From a virus (Duplodnaviria > Heunggongvirae > Uroviricota > Caudoviricetes): a DNA stretch of 4,454 nt. Below the pieces are notes generated by a model. It searched no databases, was not told the origin of the DNA, and saw nothing but the letters and a program-made list of their open reading frames with translations. A program made the position numbers and the translations under genes. Below are positions 1 to 4,454 of the stretch, piece after piece; within the stretch, counting starts at the first letter, position 1, and every line of letters begins with the position of its first letter. The stretch lies in the IMG/VR virus record IMGVR_UViG_2728369553_000002; one strand, written 5' to 3'.

Positions 1-980
1 CCCACCAGCTCACCGGTCTGCGTGGGACGTGCCGGATCGTTGCGAATAAACACCGCTGCGCGGGCGGTACGGCTTGCCGCCAGTTCGTCGGCAGGCGTCT
101 GGGTCTCTTTTTCGTACCCCGCCAGGGTAATGTGCTGCTGGTTAAACTGGTCACCTGCGGTCACCAGTTCTGACAGCGTGCCGATCTTTGCCGTATACAC
201 ATGACCATACAGCTGACGCGCATAGCTCCAGCGACCGCTGGTATCGTTCATCTCGGTCACCAGCGTGTTAACGGAGGCCGTGTCGTTGAACGGCAGGCCG
301 ATATAATCAAACGGCTCATCCGCCATTGCAGCCACCACGCCGGTGAGAACCGGAGCACCCGTTCCGGCGGTACCCGTCGCCACGGCAATCTGTACGCCCG
401 CTGGCAGCACTTCGCCCCCACCAAAGCCGTAGTAATTGAGGCTGACAGGAATTTCATTCCCGCAAAGCCCCTTATGACGCGCGGTCAGTGTGACCACACC
501 TGCCGAAGATGAAGCCGTAAACGGCAGGGCCGGAACGGCATTGATGGCATCTTTGATACTGCTGGCAATCGTCGTGACGTTATCGCCGTTGGTCACCGGA
601 GCCTGCACGCGGGTACGTCCCACATAGACATTCACCGTGCCGCTTTCGGTTGCTTCCCCGGTCACCGTCAGCGTAACCGTTGCCGCCGCGCCTGTGGCTT
701 CCGGAACGGCAATCACATACAGCTCACCAAACGGGTCGGTCTGGCGATAAGCCTCGACCATACGCGCCAGCTGACTTCCCGCACCACAAATCTGGCGTGC
801 ATAGTCTGCCGACGGCATCAGCACCAGACTGTTGGCAACAATCTCTGCACCGTTATTGGCATGACCAATCAGCAGCGATGCTCCGCTGTCCTGTGCAGTA
901 TTCGCAGCCTGGTTATCCATTTCCGCATAAAACAGCGGAACCAGCGTATTCGACGGAATGGTGTTAAAGCTTATCGTCAT
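1..980 (-). CDS. Probable phage tail sheath protein (contractile tail), 5' portion; ORF continues past the window start
   Basis: ATG at 978-980 with Shine-Dalgarno AGGTGA at 987-992 (6-nt spacer). I translated the minus strand by hand from 980 down to position 3 and found no in-frame stop (326 codons, MTISFNTIPSNTLVPLFYAEMDNQ...). Not in the ORF track because it has no stop inside the window. Length of at least 326 aa and position directly after a tail completion gene fit a sheath rather than a tube protein; the family assignment itself is inference. Confidence 0.6.
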   Translation of the reverse strand, partial: MTISFNTIPSNTLVPLFYAEMDNQAANTAQDSGASLLIGHANNGAEIVANSLVLMPSADYARQICGAGSQLARMVEAYRQTDPFGELYVIAVPEATGAAATVTLTVTGEATESGTVNVYVGRTRVQAPVTNGDNVTTIASSIKDAINAVPALPFTASSSAGVVTLTARHKGLCGNEIPVSLNYYGFGGGEVLPAGVQIAVATGTAGTGAPVLTGVVAAMADEPFDYIGLPFNDTASVNTLVTEMNDTSGRWSYARQLYGHVYTAKIGTLSELVTAGDQFNQQHITLAGYEKETQTPADELAASRTARAAVFIRNDPARPTQTGELV

Positions 981-1057
981 CGGTGTTCACCTTTTTATTC
1001 ACGCGCCGGATATCACCCGCTGCTTCACGGCGCAGCCAGTAGTTGTTCTCGTCAACA

Positions 1058-1113
1058 TTTCGCCCTTCGGCGGGCAAAAGGTCGCTGCGGGCAGGGTCAG
1101 GCACTGACCGCCC
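1058..1113 (-). promoter_or_regulatory. Two adjacent stem-loops in the 162-bp intergenic region between the tail completion gene and the sheath gene
   Basis: 1089-1113: GGGCAGGGTCAG / loop GCA / CTGACCGCCC (6-bp perfect core stem plus a 4-bp GGGC/GCCC extension with a 2-nt bulge). 1058-1079: GCCC / loop TTCGGC / GGGC flanked by partly paired TTT/AAA. This is the only sizeable non-coding gap in the operon. Confidence 0.4.
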
Positions 1114-1142
1114 TTTAACAGGTTTCACAAACATGAGGATCC

Positions 1143-1619
1143 TCAGGAAGGAATGGTTATTTCTGTGTGATGTTCGATATCGCCGTCAGGCCCGTTACCT
1201 GGATCGAGATAATCAACATCAATCGCCAGCGTTTGCAGTTCATCCAGACTGTTCAGATCATCCTGCTGGCGGGTATCGTCTTCAGTCAGCTNNNNNNNNN
1301 NTTCCGGGTTCCAGCCCAGCAGGGCCTTAAAGAGCATCTGCCGGACATCGTCCACCACATCATACGAGGCAAACTGACCGCGCTCATCACGCCCGTTACT
1401 CAGTATGACAACCACGGAGAAGCCCTCTTTCAGCTCCTGCCAGTAGTCGGTCTGGCTTTTGTTTTCTCCCGGAGAGTCATCACCCGGTACCACATACGCC
1501 GCCGGGAGTCTCAGCTTTCCGACCTCCGGCAGATTTTTGAACTGTGCCGCGCCTGCCACCCGGTTTTCAAAATACGGGCAGCGGGCACGCAGCGCAGCAA
1601 TAACAGGCGTCAGTTTCAT
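1143..1619 (-). CDS. Phage tail completion/terminator-like protein (Mu gp37 / DUF1834-like), copy 1, interrupted by an N-run
   Basis: 158-aa ORF in the track with XXXX at the 1292-1301 N-run; otherwise near-identical to the intact 186-aa copy at 1979-2539. The N-run stands in for about 94 nt present in copy 2. Start ATG 1617-1619 overlaps the stop of the upstream reading frame (ATGA). Confidence 0.5.
   Translation of the reverse strand: MKLTPVIAALRARCPYFENRVAGAAQFKNLPEVGKLRLPAAYVVPGDDSPGENKSQTDYWQELKEGFSVVVILSNGRDERGQFASYDVVDDVRQMLFKALLGWNPEXXXXLTEDDTRQQDDLNSLDELQTLAIDVDYLDPGNGPDGDIEHHTEITIPS
1292..1301. other. Assembly gap (10 N)
   Basis: Run of N; by comparison with copy 2 it replaces about 94 nt of the tail completion gene. 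Confidence 0.95.
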
Positions 1620-1681
1620 CTGTGTCGTCGCTCCGGCTTCAGTGATTTACGCAATTCCCGCGCCAGAAAATAGCGTGTCCA

Positions 1682-1691
1682 NNNNNNNNNN
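1682..1691. other. Assembly gap (10 N) exactly at the junction between the two repeat copies
   Basis: Sequence before the N-run matches the 3' end of the gp10-like gene (as at 2540-2601); sequence after it matches codon ~41 of the sheath gene (as at 857 onward). Confidence 0.95.
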
Positions 1692-1816
1692 CTGGCATGA
1701 CCAATCAGCAGCGATGCTCCGCTGTCCTGTGCAGTATTCGCCGCCTGGTTATCCATTTCCGCATAAAACAGCGGAACCAGCGTATTCGACGGAATGGTGT
1801 TAAAGCTTATCGTCAT
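1692..1816 (-). pseudogene. Duplicated 5' fragment of the sheath gene (first ~41 codons), truncated at the N-run
   Basis: ATG at 1814-1816 with the same AGGTGA Shine-Dalgarno at 1823-1828; encodes MTISFNTIPSNTLVPLFYAEMDNQAANTAQDSGASLLIGHA, identical to the N-terminus of the 1-980 gene. The track ORF 1616-1816 fuses it across the N-run to the last 21 codons of the gp10-like frame. Confidence 0.55.
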
Positions 1817-1893
1817 CGGTGTTCACCTTTTTATTCACGCGCCGGATATCACCCGCTACTTCACGGCGCAGCCAGTAGTTGTTCTCGTCAACA

Positions 1894-1949
1894 TTTCGCC
1901 CTTCGGCGGGCAAAAGGTCGCCGCGGGCAGGGTCAGGAACTGACCGCCC
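1894..1949 (-). promoter_or_regulatory. Second copy of the intergenic stem-loop pair
   Basis: 1925-1949: GGGCAGGGTCAG / loop GAA / CTGACCGCCC. Stem identical to copy 1; the loop differs by one base (GCA vs GAA). Confidence 0.4.
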
Positions 1950-1978
1950 TTTAACAGGTTTCACAAACATGAGGATCC

Positions 1979-2539
1979 TCAGGAAGGAAGGGTTATTTCG
2001 GTGTGATGTTCGATATCGCCGTCAGGCCCGTTACCGGGCTCGAGATAATCAACATCAATCGCCAGCGTTTGCAGTTCATCCAGACTGTTCAGATCATCCT
2101 GCTGGCGGGTATCGTCTTCAGTCAGCTCGCTGATGACCGAAAAATCGAACTGATAAATCAGCTCATGACGATTCAGATCCAGCAGCGTGCCGCCGTCATA
2201 GGTAATCGGGTTACCGCACGCCTCCGGGTTCCAGCCCAGCAGAGCCTTAAAGAGCATCTGCCGGACATCGTCCACCACATCATACGAGGCAAACTGACCG
2301 CGCTCATCACGCCCGTTACTCAGTATGACAACCACGGAGAAACCCTCTTTCAGCGCCTGCCAGTAGTCGGTCTGGCTTTTGTTTTCTCCCGGAGAATCAT
2401 CACCCGGTACAACATATGCCGCCGGGAGTTTCAGCTTTCCGACCTCCGGCAGATTTTTGAACTGGGCCGCACCTGCAACCCGGTTTTCAAAATACGGACA
2501 GCGGGCACGCAGTGCAGCAATAACAGGCGTCAGTTTCAT
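1979..2539 (-). CDS. Phage tail completion/terminator-like protein (Mu gp37 / DUF1834-like), intact copy
   Basis: 186-aa ORF. N-terminus MKLTPVIAALRARCPYFENRVAGAAQF...LPAAYVVPGDD fits the general pattern I associate with tail completion/terminator proteins. Start ATG 2537-2539 overlaps the gp10-like stop at 2536-2538 (ATGA coupling). Sits between head-completion genes and the sheath. Family assignment is from memory of motifs, not a search. Confidence 0.6.
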   Translation of the reverse strand: MKLTPVIAALRARCPYFENRVAGAAQFKNLPEVGKLKLPAAYVVPGDDSPGENKSQTDYWQALKEGFSVVVILSNGRDERGQFASYDVVDDVRQMLFKALLGWNPEACGNPITYDGGTLLDLNRHELIYQFDFSVISELTEDDTRQQDDLNSLDELQTLAIDVDYLEPGNGPDGDIEHHTEITLPS

Positions 2540-3103
2540 CTGTGTCGTCGCTCCGGCTTCAGTGATTTACGCAATTCCCGCGCCAGAAAATAGCGTGTCC
2601 AGCTGCGGTTCTTTTCAAGCGTTTCCATCATGAAGTTATTACGTGGAGCCAGTCGCCAGCCGCTGCCACCGGATGCACCACGATGATGGCTGCGACGACG
2701 CTTTGCCCCTCGCCTCACGCCATAGAACAAAAAAGCCGGATAAAAATCACCAGTGATACGGCGGTTTCCCTCTCCATTACGCTGGTTAGGGGCTATACGT
2801 GCCATAAAACCAGGGCGATGTTTACTGGCTCTGGGTACCATGTAACCAATCGAACGAGCCAGGCGTCCGGTCTGATAACCGGGGTTTTCACCCGGTGCCG
2901 ACCGCGCACGGCGCATCACCAGCCGACGGGNNNNNNNNNNNNNNNNNNNNNNNNNNNNNNNNNNNNNNNNNNNNNNNNNNNNNNNNNNNNNNNNNNNNNN
3001 NNNNNNNNNNACCAATCGTGACAAACGCCCGCCGGACACGGGCGCGGTTAAAGCGCATCTCCGTGGGCTGCTGAAAATCAACGTGCAAAAAGGAAGTCGC
3101 CAT
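2536..3103 (-). CDS. HK97 gp10-like head-tail joining / virion morphogenesis protein, interrupted by an 80-N gap
   Basis: ATG at 3101-3103 preceded by GGAGG at 3109-3113 (5-nt spacer); N-terminus MATSFLHVDFQQPTEMRFNRARVRRAFVTIG. After the gap the frame ending at stop 2536-2538 encodes ...QTGRLARSIGYMV...DFYPAFLFYGVRRG...APRNNFMMETL, resembling the TG-L-SI ... YA-E-GT ... PF-PA pattern of gp10-family proteins. The two sides are in different frames as written, so true gap length and gene length are unknown. Confidence 0.5.
2931..3010. other. Assembly gap (80 N) inside the gp10-like gene
   Basis: Run of N; reading frame differs across it. Confidence 0.95.
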
Positions 3104-3488
3104 TGCTGCCTCCGTGACTCTGCCTACATTCGCCCAGCTCCGTACACTCCAGCAGCAGAAAGCGCCGCGCTCCGTTCAGATCGCGCTGACGTTTCACCCG
3201 GTACACACTGTCACCGCAGACCACCTCATAATCAGAGGTGATCCCCCGGCGGTAACGAATGGTGATGTAATGGGTGATGGCGTCTCCGGTCTGCGCGGTT
3301 TCCTGCCAGGTGGTGGCACTGGTCTGGATAACCTTCGCCCATGTACTGAACGCAACCGGGTATTGAGGCTCCACGCCAAAGTTATCTGCGGGCATATCCA
3401 CCCGCTGGCGGATCAGGACGCGTTTATTCAGTTCACCGGGGTCCGGCAGAATGTAGGTTGCGCTGGTCTGTGCCTGGCTAATTTTCAT
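3078..3488 (-). CDS. Phage head closure / head-tail adaptor protein (Phage_H_T_join-like)
   Basis: 136-aa ORF. Core WAKVIQTSATTWQETAQTGDAITHYITIRYRRGITSDYEVVCGDSVYRVKRQRDLNGARRFLLLECTEL matches the characteristic adaptor pattern (WA-v ... IRYR ... Y-v ... L-L-C-E). Start ATG 3486-3488 overlaps the connector stop at 3485-3487 (ATGA). Confidence 0.75.
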   Translation of the reverse strand: MKISQAQTSATYILPDPGELNKRVLIRQRVDMPADNFGVEPQYPVAFSTWAKVIQTSATTWQETAQTGDAITHYITIRYRRGITSDYEVVCGDSVYRVKRQRDLNGARRFLLLECTELGECRQSHGGSNGDFLFAR

Positions 3489-3808
3489 TGCGGAAAGTAC
3501 CTGTACGGGCTGACAAGCCAGCCAAAACTCTGCGGCATGTCGAGTTTCTCCACTTCCGTAACCGACGAGCGGTTTTCGTAAAAGTGGCTGATAAGCATCA
3601 GCATCCCAAGACGAATATCATCCGGCAGGTGCAGCCCGTCCGGATCGCTGTCCGGAATGGATTCATCCGGTGCATAGAGCTTCCGGTTCAGATACGTTTC
3701 CGTCCGCTTTTGCGCCGCACAGGCCAGCAGTTGCAGATGGCGGTCATCGGCATCGAAATCCTCATCCAGCCGGAGTTGGGCTTTAATCTCTTCCAGTGTC
3801 AGAAGCAT
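3485..3808 (-). CDS. Phage gp6-like head-tail connector protein
   Basis: MLLTLEEIKAQLRLDEDFDADDRHLQLL... is the typical N-terminus of gp6-like connector proteins. I place the start at ATG 3806-3808 (GAGGG at 3815-3819, 6-nt spacer) rather than the track's upstream ATG at 3812-3814, which has no spacer after the Shine-Dalgarno. Confidence 0.75.
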   Translation of the reverse strand: MLLTLEEIKAQLRLDEDFDADDRHLQLLACAAQKRTETYLNRKLYAPDESIPDSDPDGLHLPDDIRLGMLMLISHFYENRSSVTEVEKLDMPQSFGWLVSPYRYFPQ

Positions 3809-4010
3809 TCTCATCCCTCTTTACTGGCCGTGGCTTTTTCTCTTTTGCCGCTTTACTGCTTTTTGCACTGGTTCCGCGCTCTGCTAACCCGGCCTGAAGT
3901 GCAATCTCCTGCACCCGGGCAGGAAGCGCCCCGTCGTCATACTCACCGGCCCGAATGACCTCAACACGCATACCGTCCGGTGACCATTTAAGATCTTGTT
4001 TCAGGATCAT
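3783..4010 (-). CDS. Hypothetical small protein (75 aa) between the capsid and connector genes; function unknown
   Basis: ATG at 4008-4010 with GGGTGA at 4017-4022 (6-nt spacer). Codon usage looks enterobacterial (CTG, AAA, CCG, GGT, CGT). Acidic N-terminal half and a Lys-rich tail (SAKSSKAAKEKKPRPVKR). Its last ~26 nt overlap the connector start in another frame. I recognise no family. Confidence 0.45.
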   Translation of the reverse strand: MILKQDLKWSPDGMRVEVIRAGEYDDGALPARVQEIALQAGLAERGTSAKSSKAAKEKKPRPVKRDENASDTGRD

Positions 4011-4033
4011 GATTCTTCACCCTTCAGAACAGG

Positions 4034-4051
4034 GGGCGCGGAACCGCGCCC
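4034..4051 (-). promoter_or_regulatory. GC-rich stem-loop just downstream of the capsid stop codon (possible partial terminator or mRNA 3' stabiliser)
   Basis: Perfect inverted repeat GGGCGCGG / AA / CCGCGCCC on the plus strand (8-bp stem, or 7 bp with a 4-nt loop), 9 nt after the capsid stop as read on the minus strand. It is followed on the transcript by CCUGUUCUG, not a clean U-tract. Confidence 0.4.
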
Positions 4052-4059
4052 ATGAGCGA

Positions 4060-4454
4060 TTACTTCTCTGCAATCTTCAGCAGTTTGATGGCCTGCGAAT
4101 CGACCAGCATTCCGCCGGTGCGCTTGGTGGTATAAAAACCGACAAACGGTTTATTGGTGTACGGGTCACGCAGAATGCGGGTGCCGATACGGTCAACGAT
4201 GGTGTAACCCCGTTTGAAGTTACCAAATGCGATGGCTTTCGCATCCGCAGCAATATCCGGCATCTGTTCGTTTTCAGCAATACCGTACCCCAGCAGAGAA
4301 GAAGGCTGCCCCAGTTCCAGCCCCGGACGCCACAGATAGTTACCCTCGTTGTCTTTCAACAGACGAATGGCAAACAGGCTGTTGTTGTTCATCATGAACT
4401 TCGCGCCAGTGCGGTGTGCCTTACGCAGCGTGTAAATCAGTTTGATAATGGCGT
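4060..4454 (-). CDS. Phage major capsid protein, C-terminal portion; ORF continues past the window end
   Basis: Stop TAA at 4060-4062. My translation stays open upstream of the track's Met through the window end (...AIIKLIYTLRKAHRTGAKFMMNNNSLFAIRLL...). C-terminal sequence ...RDPYTNKPFVGFYTTKRTGGMLVDSQAIKLLKIAEK and position immediately upstream of the connector gene fit a major capsid protein. Confidence 0.7.
   Translation of the reverse strand, partial: AIIKLIYTLRKAHRTGAKFMMNNNSLFAIRLLKDNEGNYLWRPGLELGQPSSLLGYGIAENEQMPDIAADAKAIAFGNFKRGYTIVDRIGTRILRDPYTNKPFVGFYTTKRTGGMLVDSQAIKLLKIAEK

Larger units (their letters stand above)
857..1681. repeat. Copy 1 of a direct repeat (about 0.83 kb, contains a 10-N run)
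   Basis: Aligns base-for-base with 1693-2601 at offset +836 before the 1292-1301 N-run and +920 after it; about 21 substitutions over about 815 alignable bases by manual count. Confidence 0.85.
1693..2601. repeat. Copy 2 of the direct repeat (intact version)
   Basis: See copy 1. Contains the sheath 5' fragment, the intergenic stem-loops, the intact tail completion gene and the 3' end of the gp10-like gene. Confidence 0.85.

Noticed and set aside
1050-1055. TTGACG, a -35-like hexamer on the minus strand upstream of the sheath gene
   Set aside because: There is no acceptable -10 hexamer 16-18 bp downstream (the corresponding sequence is CGCCGT), so I do not call a sigma-70 promoter.
1089-1116. 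Plus-strand intrinsic terminator (stem 1089-1113 followed by TTT)
   Set aside because: The T-run is only three bases before AACAGG and there is no plus-strand gene for it to terminate; at most it might stop antisense transcription, which I cannot support.
857-2601. Diversity-generating retroelement (template/variable repeat pair) as an explanation for the two near-identical copies
   Set aside because: The substitutions between copies are not adenine-specific (they include T>G, C>T, G>A, C>A and others), the repeat is far longer than a typical variable region, it covers a tail completion gene rather than a receptor-binding domain, and no reverse transcriptase is in the window.
3079-3081. TTG start proposed by the track for the 2536-3081 ORF
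   Set aside because: The N-terminus it gives (MIFSSPRRCALTAPVSGGRLSRL) is unconvincing and has no ribosome binding site, whereas the ATG at 3101-3103 has a strong GGAGG; the frame mismatch is more simply explained by the placeholder N-gap.
3812-3814. Upstream ATG (MRMLL...) as the connector start
   Set aside because: The Shine-Dalgarno GAGGG abuts this ATG with no spacer; the ATG two codons downstream (3806-3808) has a 6-nt spacer and gives the typical MLLTLEE... N-terminus.
22-3958. All plus-strand ORFs in the track (22-204, 201-512, 680-967, 861-1118, 1043-1330, 1167-1673, 1459-1803, 1697-1954, 1879-2133, 2003-2593, 2379-2633, 2683-3021, 3114-3581, 3488-3958)
   Set aside because: Each lies antisense to a minus-strand structural gene with much better support (motifs, ribosome binding sites, operon coupling). 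Their products are Arg/Ser/Cys-rich and low in complexity, typical of shadow ORFs in GC-rich coding DNA, and several are simply duplicated by the repeat.
257-4280. Minus-strand ORFs 257-457, 3194-3379 and 4077-4280
   Set aside because: They are alternative frames nested inside the sheath, adaptor and capsid genes respectively, with no ribosome binding site and unconvincing protein sequence.
1-4454. tRNA, rRNA, CRISPR array, integrase or transposase, attachment sites
   Set aside because: I found no cloverleaf-like segment, no short regularly spaced repeats, no terminal inverted repeats and no recombinase-like reading frame; the only repeat is the 0.83 kb direct duplication described above.

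Overview
This window is part of a tailed-prophage late (virion morphogenesis) operon, with every supportable gene on the minus strand. Read in the direction of transcription (high to low coordinate) it runs: 3' end of a major capsid protein gene (4060-4454, runs off the window), a 75-aa hypothetical gene (3783-4010), a gp6-like head-tail connector (3485-3808), a head closure/adaptor protein (3078-3488), an HK97 gp10-like protein broken by an 80-N gap (2536-3103), a tail completion/terminator-like protein (1979-2539), and the 5' part of a long probable tail sheath gene (1-980, runs off the window start and is absent from the ORF track). The assembly is not clean: there are three N-runs (1292-1301, 1682-1691, 2931-3010), and an ~0.83 kb block (857-1681) is repeated directly at 1693-2601 at about 97% identity, with an N-run exactly at the junction. 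I think this is most likely scaffolding redundancy between two related prophage alleles rather than biology. I did not find a tRNA, rRNA, CRISPR array, integrase or transposase, or a recognisable defence or otherwise undescribed system. The things worth a second look are the repeat, the small gene between capsid and connector, and several RNA stem-loops. All product calls are from my reading of motifs and gene order; no database search was possible.
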